64,000 bases of DNA from an uncultured delta proteobacterium (GTDB lineage: Bacteria > Desulfobacterota > Binatia > UBA9968): positions 25,923 through 89,922 of the forward strand of contig CAWDHA010000011.1 of the NCBI GenBank assembly GCA_963801935.1, read 5' to 3'. The notes beneath the pieces are model-generated. The model searched no databases and was not told where the DNA came from. It saw only the letters and a program-made list of their open reading frames with translations. The position numbers were made by a program, and so were the translations under genes. Positions 8,689 to 17,805 of the stretch are shown here, one piece after another. Positions within the stretch are counted from its first letter, which is position 1; the number at the start of each line of letters is the position of its first letter.

Positions 8689-9744
8689 CTAGTTCTCGAG
8701 GATTTTTCGCACCCGTTCCACGACGTCGGCAGGCTGGTTTACCGCCTCGCGCGCCATGCTTTGCATTTCGTCGGCGGATACCGGGTCTAGATCGTAACGG
8801 CGCTTTTTAACTTCTTCAACAAACTCAGGATCCCGGAGGGTCTTCGCGAAGGCTTCGCGCTGCGCGCGCGCAAGCTCCGGTGCCATGCCCGGCGGCGCCA
8901 CCATGGGGCGGCCGAACCCGCCCGCGGCGAGGATCGCCGCCGCCACGCGCCGCGACGCCTCGGGCGTCCGCTGTTGGTCCATCAGCTCATAAAGGGTTGG
9001 CACCTCGGCCAGTCGCGGATCACGTTTGCGGCCGGTTTGAATGAGGCTTTTTACAAAACCTGTCTTGAACCAGGTTCTTGTGGGTTCCCGCGCGATAAAG
9101 CTGCCGAGGTCGAAGGCCCGGCAGTGGAGCTCGCCGCGTTCAACGGCAAGATCGATTTCCGCGCCGCTCTGATATCCGGTGACCGTCTTGAATTTTAGCC
9201 CGAGGGTTTCTTCGATGACTCTGGGAACAATCACGCCCGTGGCGCCCGTGCCTGCGCCGCCGCAGCGCGGCGGCTCGGTTGCGCGGCGGATATCGTCTAA
9301 AGTCTTGTATGGACTGTCGCTTCTCATGTAGAGCTGCCCCTCCAACCGCTCCGGCGAGCCGATCCAGGTAAACTTCTGCCAGTCGAACTTGACGCTGTCG
9401 CGTCCCAGCAATTGATCGAGATACGCTCCCGCCGAGAGCGCCCCCAGTGTGAGCCCATCCGGCTTGGCGATGCTGTACATATAATTCGCTGCGACGATGG
9501 AGTTGGCGCCCGGCATGTTTTGCAGGATTACCGCCGGCTCGCCGGCCAAATGCCGGCCGAGGTATTGGGCGATCAGACGCGCCCAGAGATCGATGCCGCC
9601 TCCGGTACTGGTACCGATCACGATCTTGATTGTTTTGCCTTTGAAATGAGCGTCGCTCTGCGCCTGTAGAGTTGCGCTGCAAATGAGGTGCGTTAAGAGC
9701 ACCGGCAAAACAACCACGACTGTCGCGCTGCGAAATTTGCTCAT
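8689..9744 (-). CDS. Bug-family (TctC-like) tripartite tricarboxylate transporter substrate-binding protein, orphan
   Basis: Signal peptide, then ...GKTIKIVIGTSTGGGIDLWARLIAQYL... and ...IVAANYMYSIAKPDGLT..., canonical Bug/TctC motifs. No tctA/tctB nearby. Confidence 0.8.
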   Translation of the reverse strand: MSKFRSATVVVVLPVLLTHLICSATLQAQSDAHFKGKTIKIVIGTSTGGGIDLWARLIAQYLGRHLAGEPAVILQNMPGANSIVAANYMYSIAKPDGLTLGALSAGAYLDQLLGRDSVKFDWQKFTWIGSPERLEGQLYMRSDSPYKTLDDIRRATEPPRCGGAGTGATGVIVPRVIEETLGLKFKTVTGYQSGAEIDLAVERGELHCRAFDLGSFIAREPTRTWFKTGFVKSLIQTGRKRDPRLAEVPTLYELMDQQRTPEASRRVAAAILAAGGFGRPMVAPPGMAPELARAQREAFAKTLRDPEFVEEVKKRRYDLDPVSADEMQSMAREAVNQPADVVERVRKILEN

Positions 9745-9816
9745 AGTGGCTCCCTACGGATCGCAACTGAACTGAAAAATTTAAAATTCAAACCAGCGAT
9801 CGATGTCGTTTTCTTC

Positions 9817-11031
9817 TCACGGTATGTTCCGCGCCTTGCGCACGCTGGCGATCAGCGAAGTGCGCAACAAAAACTCCTTGTGTTTTTTCGGATCCTCGGC
9901 CGTGGCGCAGAGCTCATCAAAGCGCGCCTGGCGCGCTTCTGGCGCGCGCTCTTCGAGTCGCTGCTTATTGAGAATCGTTTGCTCCTGGACGAATTCGATA
10001 TTCAAGGTGCGCCGCCTGCGTGTGTAGCGGTCGAGCAACGACTGATCGGCCTGCCGCGTCACGACTTGATGAAGCGTATCTACCAGTTCCATCGCGTCGT
10101 GAATACCGCCATTGAGACCCAAGCCGCCAACCGAGTTGTTTACGTGAGCCGAGTCGCCGGCAAGAAAGACCCTGCCTTGGCGAAAAGTAGCCGCAACTCG
10201 CTGGTGCACCTTGTAGAGATTACGATGGACGACATCAAACGGCCGCTGTAAAGGGAACACACGCTGCAGCCGCGTGCAAGCGGACTCGTCGCCCAAGGCG
10301 TCTTGATCGCTTTCTTCTACTCGCGTCGGGAAGACCGCGCGCCACCGCCCCTTGCCGTCATCGCCGGCGACTTTGAAGAGATTGGTCCATTCATTCGGAT
10401 CCGCCAGATAGTTACGATAGCAGCAACCGGGTAAAAGCTCCTGGAAATCGTCCAACGTCGTCAGCACCAGGAATCGCTCCGGCCAGGTGAAGCCTTCGAA
10501 TCCGATGTCGAGTGACTTGCGTGTGGCGCTGCGGCCGCCGTCGGCGCCGATCATCCACTCGCCTTGAAACGCTTCGCTGCCGTTCGGGCCGTGGGCGGAC
10601 ACCATCACGCGATCCGCGTTTTGCTCTACTCCCGTTACTTGAGTCGAGAACCGCACAAGCGCATCAGGAAAACTCTTGAGCCGCTCGATGCCCATGCGCG
10701 CAAGTTTGTGTTGCTCGGTCTGAACCACAAATGGATAAGGTGTTTCATCGCGCAATACCTCGTGGTCGAATTCAACGATTCGTTTGCGCGCCGGCTTATC
10801 CCAAAACTGGAAATAACGCGCCACCAGGCCTGCGCCGATAAATCGGTCAATCAGGCCGACCCGGGCTATCATCTCGAGGGTTGAAGGATGAGTCGTCGCT
10901 GCGCGCGGCTTGTCGTCAATTTGCTTCTCGGCTTCCAACAAAGTCACGGCGAAGCCCTCCTGCGCGCAGGCAAGCGCTGCAACCACGCCCACTGGACCCG
11001 CGCCGGCGATAATAATCCGAGTCTTGGTCAA
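9817..11031 (-). CDS. FAD-dependent aromatic-ring monooxygenase (UbiH/salicylate-hydroxylase class)
   Basis: N-terminal IIIAGAGPVGVVAALACAQEGFAVTLLE (GxGxxG Rossmann). ...GDSAHVNNSVGGLGLNGGIHDA... (DG/GD FAD motifs). Confidence 0.8.
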   Translation of the reverse strand: MTKTRIIIAGAGPVGVVAALACAQEGFAVTLLEAEKQIDDKPRAATTHPSTLEMIARVGLIDRFIGAGLVARYFQFWDKPARKRIVEFDHEVLRDETPYPFVVQTEQHKLARMGIERLKSFPDALVRFSTQVTGVEQNADRVMVSAHGPNGSEAFQGEWMIGADGGRSATRKSLDIGFEGFTWPERFLVLTTLDDFQELLPGCCYRNYLADPNEWTNLFKVAGDDGKGRWRAVFPTRVEESDQDALGDESACTRLQRVFPLQRPFDVVHRNLYKVHQRVAATFRQGRVFLAGDSAHVNNSVGGLGLNGGIHDAMELVDTLHQVVTRQADQSLLDRYTRRRRTLNIEFVQEQTILNKQRLEERAPEARQARFDELCATAEDPKKHKEFLLRTSLIASVRKARNIP

Positions 11032-11065
11032 CTTTTATAATCCTCGGCGATACTCAAAGGATCTA

Positions 11066-11230
11066 TAGCAGCCCGTGGTGAAAGTCTGACTGCATTCGGC
11101 GCGCGATCGATCCCGGCTGGCTGCGTTGCTCCTCCCCTCAAATATCCCCCGATGTTTGGGTCGTCGCGCCTTGCCATCACGGCGCCTCGCCCGTCTCGGT
11201 GCGACGCCACACTTTCACCACGGGCTGCAG
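11066..11230 (+). mobile_element. MITE-like 165-bp element, copy 1 (20-bp TIR CAGCCCGTGGTGAAAGT.../...ACTTTCACCACGGGCTG)
   Basis: ~90% identical to five other copies in the window, with terminal inverted repeats. Sits in the divergent promoter region between the FAD monooxygenase and the MFS gene. Confidence 0.6.
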
Positions 11231-11379
11231 TCACTACCATGGAGTTGCGACTGCTGACAATCGCCGTGCTCTCTCTGATGAGAATGCATGAGCCTATTTT
11301 ATGGTAACTCCAGCAAAATCCTGCTACTATCAGTGGTTCAGCTTCTTATCTCGCGCCTTATCCGAAAGCAAAAATTTCT

Positions 11380-12666
11380 TTGGAAGACCAATCTACAAGC
11401 TCCCCTGCCCGAGGAGTTGCCGGCGAAGCATCTGCAAGCGCGTCGCCGCGCTTTCGCTTCAGGATGTTTGCCTCTCTGCGCCACGTTGATTATCGTTATC
11501 TCTGGAGCGGCACCTTGATGATGAGCGCCGGCCAGTGGGTCCAGCAAGTTACCCTGGGGTGGTTGCTCTACGACCTGACAGGCAATTCCTTACTGCTCGG
11601 CGCGCTCAACGGCTTGCGCGCTTTGCCCTTCTTAGTCACCGGGCCGATGGCCGGCGTCGCCGCGGACCGTATGAATCGCCGCAGATTGCTGCTCAACACC
11701 CAGTGGGTGCTTATCGTTACAGCGCTGCTCATGGGCGTGCTGGTCGCTTCGCCGTATTTGCACGTGTGGCACATCTTCGTTTTCACTTTGATCACCGGCG
11801 TGGCGTGGACCATCACCGAGCCCGTGCGTATGAGCATGATCCCCAGTGTGGTGCCGAAGGAAGACATGGTCAACGCCATCGCGCTCAATTCCGGTGGCTT
11901 TAACTTGATGAAAGTCCTCGGCCCGGCCCTGGGTGGCGCGCTGATTGCGGTGTTCGGCGCGGCCGAAAACTTCTTCATCCAGGCTCTCGCTTATGTGGGC
12001 GTGCTGGTCATGATCTACCTCATGTACATTCCGCCGCACCGCGCCGACGCCAAGCGCTCCTCGGCGATGGCAAATCTAAAAGAAGGGTTTTCCTACGTGT
12101 GGTCGACACCCGCCGTATTGGCGCTAATGGCGCTGGCTTATGTTCCCCGAGTGTTCGCTGTGCCATATCAGACACTCATGCCGGTGTTTCAAAAAGACGT
12201 GTTGCAAGTGGGCCCTGAAGGTCTCGGAATGTTGATGGCGGCGCCGGGACTGGGCGCGGTTATCGCAGTGCTCACGATGGCGTGGCTTGGTGACGGCTTA
12301 AAACGTCACGGCCTGATGTTGGTGGTCAGCATCTGCGTCCTGGGCTTTTTTCTGATTGTGTTCTCGCAACTCAAATCATTGCCGCTCGCGCTAATCGTGC
12401 TCGTGATTGCCGGCATGTTTCAGATGTTTTTTCTCGCCAGTACCGCGACGATGATCCAGCTCCTGGTGCCTGACGAATTGCGTGGGCGGGTGATGAGCCT
12501 TTATATGCTCGACCGCGGCTTTATGCCGGCGGGCGCGTTATTTGCCGGCGCCGCGGCGCACTTCATCGGCGCGCCGATGACGGTGGCAATGATGGGCGCC
12601 CTGGTCATTGTTTTCACTTTGATTGTCGCGTGGCGCATACCGGCCATCCGTACTCTGGAATGCTAG
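11380..12666 (+). CDS. MFS transporter
   Basis: 12 predicted TM helices. The DRMNRRRLLL loop 2-3 motif (MFS signature D-R-x-G-R-R). Start could be the internal Met ~11464. Confidence 0.75.
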   Translation: MEDQSTSSPARGVAGEASASASPRFRFRMFASLRHVDYRYLWSGTLMMSAGQWVQQVTLGWLLYDLTGNSLLLGALNGLRALPFLVTGPMAGVAADRMNRRRLLLNTQWVLIVTALLMGVLVASPYLHVWHIFVFTLITGVAWTITEPVRMSMIPSVVPKEDMVNAIALNSGGFNLMKVLGPALGGALIAVFGAAENFFIQALAYVGVLVMIYLMYIPPHRADAKRSSAMANLKEGFSYVWSTPAVLALMALAYVPRVFAVPYQTLMPVFQKDVLQVGPEGLGMLMAAPGLGAVIAVLTMAWLGDGLKRHGLMLVVSICVLGFFLIVFSQLKSLPLALIVLVIAGMFQMFFLASTATMIQLLVPDELRGRVMSLYMLDRGFMPAGALFAGAAAHFIGAPMTVAMMGALVIVFTLIVAWRIPAIRTLEC

Positions 12667-12912
12667 CAGGCTGCTGAAAAAAACTCATATGCTTCGTTGC
12701 GCTTGACCGATTTCGTCAACGTACAGGAGTACGCCTCAGCTCATCGGTCTTCGCGCGCCTCGCCTCTGAGCTCTTTTCAGCAACCTGCACATCCCTGTGC
12801 GAGGCGACGTTAGAAATTTAGCGTCGTAGTCGTAGGGTCCGCCGTGCGCACCACCGAGCGAACGGTACGCAACACCCTACGAAAATCGGCGGTGCGAGAT
12901 CGTGTTGATCCT

Positions 12913-13854
12913 TCACTTATCGCCAAGCACGCGGCGTAACTCTAGGGCGAGTTCACCGGCTGCCTCGAGGCTGACAAAGTGGCCGACGCCGGGAAGCGGC
13001 CTGAAATCCACGTCGCAACCTGCATCTAACGCGCTATTCATCGCCACTCGCGCCGATAGCGCGCCGTCGCGCGCGCCCCAGACCAGCGTGACCGCAACCG
13101 CAATCGGATTCTGGTAGACCGCTTCGAGTATCGCGCGGCGACTTGGTAACAGTTGGGTGCAGACCATCTCGCGGTAATACTGGATCGGACCGCGCATGTC
13201 TTCGGGTTGCTGAAAGCGCTGAACGATTTCATCGACCAAGGCCACGTTCATTTTTCCCTTTTGCCCTTCGCGCAAAGTAAAAGAAAGTTTCAGTCCCAGT
13301 CTGCCCAAGGCAGTGGTGAGAAACCATTCGGGGATGGAGGGGATCTCGAACAGCGGAACCCAAGGTATGCGAATCGTTTGGAAATCTTCGAAACGGAGCA
13401 CCGCGCGCACCAATGTCCTCGGGTGGGGACAATTTACCACCATGAGCCGGCGGATGAGATCACCGTAGCGATGCGCGAAAATCCAGCCCAGAGCGCCGCC
13501 CCAATCATGAGAGATGAGCAGCGGACGGCTGAGGCCAAGGCTTCCCATCAATGCCTTGATATCATCGGTGAGGGTAAAGACGTCATAGCCGCGCCGCGGT
13601 CGCGCTGTTTCGCCGTAACCACGCAAGTCAGGAGCGTAGAAACGCGCCTCGCCGACAATATCCATCAATGGGCGCCAACTCATCCAGCCCTCGGGAAACC
13701 CATGCAAGCAAAAAACAGCGGGAGCGTCTTCAGGTCCGGCCGCGGCCACATGAAACTCGATGCCGTTAGCGCTGACACGCAGATGTTTCACGGTGAGCGG
13801 CACTGCACTGCTCCTTTCTCGGGCCGGTACTTTCGTGGGTCGCGGCATGGTCAA
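12913..13854 (-). CDS. alpha/beta hydrolase (epoxide hydrolase/haloalkane dehalogenase-like)
   Basis: CLHGFPEGWMSW (HGxP oxyanion motif) and LISHDWGGALGW (nucleophile elbow). Confidence 0.75.
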   Translation of the reverse strand: MTMPRPTKVPARERSSAVPLTVKHLRVSANGIEFHVAAAGPEDAPAVFCLHGFPEGWMSWRPLMDIVGEARFYAPDLRGYGETARPRRGYDVFTLTDDIKALMGSLGLSRPLLISHDWGGALGWIFAHRYGDLIRRLMVVNCPHPRTLVRAVLRFEDFQTIRIPWVPLFEIPSIPEWFLTTALGRLGLKLSFTLREGQKGKMNVALVDEIVQRFQQPEDMRGPIQYYREMVCTQLLPSRRAILEAVYQNPIAVAVTLVWGARDGALSARVAMNSALDAGCDVDFRPLPGVGHFVSLEAAGELALELRRVLGDK

Positions 13855-14225
13855 TATAAGCGATCGACACGCACAAAGTCGAGGTTTGCTGGAACCTGCA
13901 GCAGTTGGTAATTCTTAATAGCATGCTTTGCACATCCTGACTTGAGAGCAACAATGGACTGACAACAGCAGCGACATTATTGGGAGTTAGATCTCCATGC
14001 TTTCTAGACAATCACATCGTGCTGCGGTATAGAGAATCACGTTTCTTTGATTTCCATCGTCTAAATTAGAGTGCTAGAAGACTTCTCCTCGACCTTTCGA
14101 CCTCTTCATACTGAAGGGATGAATGGCCGCTGGCGCGATTTGCGGCGTTGGCGCGGCGATTTTCTGAGCCAATCGGGATTTTGCAAGCGGCCTAAGTTAA
14201 TACCTAAACAGCGGAGGAAGAAAAT

Positions 14226-15044
14226 ATGAACGCAACATTATTGAAGCGTGGCTGGTTGTTGGTGCTCGTGTTATCGTTAGCGGCTGCATTTGGTAGCGCC
14301 AACGCGCAGCCCGCCAAGCAGTTCGAGCCGCAAGTCGGTCAGGATGGGAAAGACGTGATCTGGGTCCCCACGCCGCAGGCTTTGGTGGATAAGATGCTTG
14401 ATATGGCCAAAGTCTCGCCACAGGACTACGTCATTGATCTCGGTTCCGGCGATGGCCGCACGGTGATCACCGCAGCCAAGCGCGGCTCTAAGGCTCTCGG
14501 CATCGAATACAATCCGGACATGGTCGAGCTATCCAAGCGTGCCGCCGCTAAAGAGGGTATGAGCGACAAGGCGAGTTTCATGAAGGCCGATCTATTCGAG
14601 AGCGATTTTTCCCAGGCGCAAGTGATCACGATGTTTCTGCTCTCGAGCATCAACCTCAAGCTCCGGCCAAAGATCCTCGATCTCAAGCCGGGGACGCGCA
14701 TCGTATCGAACAGCTTCGATATGGCAGAATGGAAGCCGGATGAAACAGCGACTATCCCAAATTGCAATTCGTGGTGCACGGCGCATTTGTGGATTGTGCC
14801 CGCGAAAGTCAACGGCACGTGGAAATTGCCCCAGGGAGAGCTGACCTTAAAACAAACATTTCAGATGATTAATGGCACGCTCAAGTCTGGGAATGAGGTC
14901 GCGCAAGTTACGGGTAAGCTCAATGGAGACGAGATCACCTTTAGCGCCGGCGAGGCGCACTACAGCGGCAAAGTTAACGGCAACTCTATTGCCGGCATCG
15001 TCAAATCCGGCGGCAACTGGAGCGCCACGCGCACAGCGAGCTAG
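14226..15044 (+). CDS. secreted class-I SAM-dependent methyltransferase-fold protein with C-terminal beta-rich extension (paralog 1)
   Basis: RBS GGAGGA. Signal peptide LLVLVLSLAAAFGSANA. MTase motif I VIDLGSGDGRTVITAAKRG and conserved VPTP motif. C-terminal CNSWCTAHLWIVPAKVNGTWKL... extension. Confidence 0.6.
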   Translation: MNATLLKRGWLLVLVLSLAAAFGSANAQPAKQFEPQVGQDGKDVIWVPTPQALVDKMLDMAKVSPQDYVIDLGSGDGRTVITAAKRGSKALGIEYNPDMVELSKRAAAKEGMSDKASFMKADLFESDFSQAQVITMFLLSSINLKLRPKILDLKPGTRIVSNSFDMAEWKPDETATIPNCNSWCTAHLWIVPAKVNGTWKLPQGELTLKQTFQMINGTLKSGNEVAQVTGKLNGDEITFSAGEAHYSGKVNGNSIAGIVKSGGNWSATRTAS

Positions 15045-15168
15045 GATAGTGCCTCATGACCGCTTAGCTTGAATGTCGGTTCTGAGCGGCACCCTGTGTG
15101 AAAACTCCGCGCGACTTAGACGATTCACCAAGAGCGGGAGAGAAATTACAAGCATTGGAGGAGCCATC

Positions 15169-15969
15169 GTGGTTAAAAACATTTTCTTAGCACTCTGGTT
15201 TGTCGTCGCCATTGCCGGCGGTATCGCTCAGGGACAATCGAGTAAAGATTTCCAGCCAGAGGTTGGGCAAGCGGGCAAGGACGTCGTCTGGGTCCCTACA
15301 CCACAAGAGTTGGTTGACAAGATGTTGGACATGGCGAAGCTCACGCCCAAGGATTACATCATCGATCTCGGTTCCGGCGATGGGCGCACCGTAATCACCG
15401 CAGCCAAGCGCGGCTCCAAAGCCCTAGGCATCGAGTACAATCCGGACATGGTCGAGCTAGCCAAGCGTGCCGCCGCCAAGGAAGGCGTGAGCGACAAGGC
15501 GAGTTTCATGAAGGCCGATCTTTTCGAGAGCGATTTCTCTCAGGCGCAGGTGATCACGATGTTTCTTTTGCCGAGTATCAATATAAAATTGCGGCCAAAG
15601 ATTCTCGACATGAGACCCGGGACGCGAGTCGTCTCGAATTCGTTCGATATGGAAGATTGGAAACCGGACGAAACCGCAAACGTCGAAGGGTGCAGCAACT
15701 GGTGCACGGCGCATCTGTGGATTGTGCCGGCGAAAGTGAACGGCACGTGGAAGCTGCCGCAGGGAGAGCTGACAATTAAACAAACATTTCAGATGATCAC
15801 CGGCACCTTGAAAAACGGCAACACTTCGAGCCCGATCAACGGCAAGCTCAACGGCGATCAAATCGCCTTCAGCGCCGGCAATACCCAGTACAGCGGCCGC
15901 GTGGCCGGGAACTCAATGGAAGGCAGTGCCGGCGCCAGCCAATGGAGCGCGAAGCGGGCGGGTAAGTAG
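15169..15969 (+). CDS. secreted class-I SAM-MTase-fold protein (paralog 2, tandem)
   Basis: GTG 15169 is preceded by GGAGGA. Signal peptide FLALWFVVAIAGGIAQG. IIDLGSGDGRTVITAAKRG. ~75% identical to paralog 1 including the C-terminal extension. Confidence 0.6.
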   Translation: MVKNIFLALWFVVAIAGGIAQGQSSKDFQPEVGQAGKDVVWVPTPQELVDKMLDMAKLTPKDYIIDLGSGDGRTVITAAKRGSKALGIEYNPDMVELAKRAAAKEGVSDKASFMKADLFESDFSQAQVITMFLLPSINIKLRPKILDMRPGTRVVSNSFDMEDWKPDETANVEGCSNWCTAHLWIVPAKVNGTWKLPQGELTIKQTFQMITGTLKNGNTSSPINGKLNGDQIAFSAGNTQYSGRVAGNSMEGSAGASQWSAKRAGK

Positions 15970-15982
15970 GTGTGGCTCACGC

Positions 15983-16076
15983 AGTTCTAGTTTCCGGTTC
16001 TAATTCGAGGTTTCTGGTTTATGGAACCAGAAGCTCCTGGATCAAAACGAGAGACTGGAAACCAGAAACTAGAAAC
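15983..16076. terminator. heptad-repeat palindromic hairpin (GTTTC units) between convergent genes
   Basis: agttctagtttccggttc ... ggaaaccagaaactagaaact. Long imperfect stem. Confidence 0.5.
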
Positions 16077-16475
16077 TTAGACCTGGTCTTTCTTGGCGCC
16101 GGGTCCGGCGTAAATCTCCAGCTTGTTACCGTCGGGATCTAAAAAGTAGGCCTGCTTGCCCCAGAAAACTCCCTCGTTTCGATCTTCGATGTGAAAGACA
16201 TCCACGCCGTTCCTGCGCAGAAATTCGATCGACGGCTCGAAGTCTTCGGGTTTCACTTTGAAAGCATGATGCACCGGAGTTTCTTGCGCTGAGTCGAATT
16301 TCACCGGCGCCTCACCCTGCGCCATAATAAAATAATTCTCGCCGCTTTGCAGAAAAACCATCCGCGCCCTGCGCTCAATGATCTTCATACCCAGGATCTC
16401 GTGATAAAACTTGGCGCTGGGATCGAGATCGGTTGTCGGCAAGCTGAAGTGAAGGACCCCTTGAGTTTTGATCAT
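16077..16475 (-). CDS. VOC-family protein (glyoxalase/bleomycin-resistance/extradiol dioxygenase fold)
   Basis: 132 aa. ...HFSLPTTDLDPSAKFYHEILGMK... and ...YFLDPDGNKLEIY..., classic VOC motifs. Confidence 0.75.
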   Translation of the reverse strand: MIKTQGVLHFSLPTTDLDPSAKFYHEILGMKIIERRARMVFLQSGENYFIMAQGEAPVKFDSAQETPVHHAFKVKPEDFEPSIEFLRRNGVDVFHIEDRNEGVFWGKQAYFLDPDGNKLEIYAGPGAKKDQV

Positions 16476-16571
16476 GATTGACCTCCTCCCCCCATGCTTT
16501 CCGCCCCCGCGTCGCGGGGAGGATGAAGGACGGGGTTGAACAGCTTGAACGGGAGCGCCTCGCCACGAGCT

Positions 16572-17705
16572 TTACGCGCCCAAGCTGTAAGCTTTCGTCG
16601 GGTTATCCCAGAGAATCTTGGTGCGCGAGGCGCGCGAAATCTTGTCATTGCCGCTGATTGCGCCGACGGTTTTATCCGGAAATTTGTCGATCGCATCGCT
16701 GTGCGGGTAATCGGTGGCGATCATGAGATAATCATCACCGATATGGTCGATGAATACCGGCGCCAGTTCTTCGCCCGCTTCGCAGCTTATCCAACAGTTG
16801 CGTTTGAAATAGTAGCTCGGCTTTTCTTTGGTAATCTTGGCCGACCCGTGGGATTCGTGCTCCCAGTGCTCATCCATGCGTTCTAGCCAAAACGGCGCCC
16901 AACCGCAGCCCGATTCGAGGTGCGCGACTTTGAGTTTGGGAAATCTCTCGAGCACGCCGTCGCCGCAAAAATTTAAGCAAGCCAGCATCTGCTCCAGCGG
17001 ATGGCAGGCCACATGCCGGCCGAATTCACTGTAGCGATCGGAGCCCGCCTGCTGTAGAACGGTGCGCGCGCCCTCGTGAACGCAGATGGTAACGCCGAGG
17101 CCCGAGCAGACGTCGTAAATCGGATCGTAATCCGGACTTGCGAAGGTGCGGCCACACAGTTTGTTCGGCCGCCAGAAAATTCCTACCAAGCCCAACTTCT
17201 CGCGCGCATATTTAAGCTCTTCGACGGCGCGCGCCGGATCCTGCAGCGGCAACAGCATGACGCCGTAGAGACGTTTGCGATCGTGGTCGCAATAGTCCGC
17301 CAGCCAGGTATTGTAGGCGCGGCAAATCGCCGCGCTTAACTCAGGATCGATATCGTCACGCCACATGATATAGAGGCCCATCGTCGGGAAGAGCACGGAG
17401 ACGTCGATGCCTTCGCGCTCCATGTCGCGCAGGTTGGATGCCGGGTCGAACTTGTTGGCGTAAGCATCGGCGAAGCACTCGCGCCAGCGCTCCGAGGATG
17501 AAAAAATGTATCCATAGTCTACCGTCTCCCGGCCGGGCCGTTGAGCGGAGTCGGAGACCGGTTTGCCGTCGACTTCGCGCACGGTCTGGTTCGGTCCGGC
17601 CAGATGCACCCGGTGTCTGAATTTCTCGGGTAAATATTTTTGATACAGATCGCTGGGCTCGAGAATATGCCGGTCGGCATCGATGACTTTAAATCCGTCC
17701 CTCAT
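16572..17705 (-). CDS. amidohydrolase family 2 (ACMSD-like)
   Basis: Start MRDGFKVIDADRHILEP at 17705 with GGAGG RBS. ...ATDYPHSD... C-terminal motif. The ORF-track start at 17930 is unlikely. Confidence 0.75.
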   Translation of the reverse strand: MRDGFKVIDADRHILEPSDLYQKYLPEKFRHRVHLAGPNQTVREVDGKPVSDSAQRPGRETVDYGYIFSSSERWRECFADAYANKFDPASNLRDMEREGIDVSVLFPTMGLYIMWRDDIDPELSAAICRAYNTWLADYCDHDRKRLYGVMLLPLQDPARAVEELKYAREKLGLVGIFWRPNKLCGRTFASPDYDPIYDVCSGLGVTICVHEGARTVLQQAGSDRYSEFGRHVACHPLEQMLACLNFCGDGVLERFPKLKVAHLESGCGWAPFWLERMDEHWEHESHGSAKITKEKPSYYFKRNCWISCEAGEELAPVFIDHIGDDYLMIATDYPHSDAIDKFPDKTVGAISGNDKISRASRTKILWDNPTKAYSLGA

Positions 17706-17805
17706 AGTGCTTCCTCCATTTTGATCGTTGGCTTGGCCGTTTATAGAATAATGGGATTTGAAATTTAAGAGCTCGAGGCGCAGAAGCGCTCGGCCCCCTT
17801 TCCGT

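Noticed and set aside
11028-11240. Conserved 60-90 aa ORFs inside every MITE copy (11028..11240, 37533..37802, 47340..47525, 55222..55482, 60631..60834, 62479..62700) sharing the peptide ...SHRDGRGALMARRDDREYRGIFE...
   Set aside because: Conservation is at the DNA level (~90% identity of a non-coding repeat). The ORFs have no RBS, run across the palindrome, vary in frame and start between copies, and two overlap stop codons of real genes. They are treated as an artefact of the repeat.
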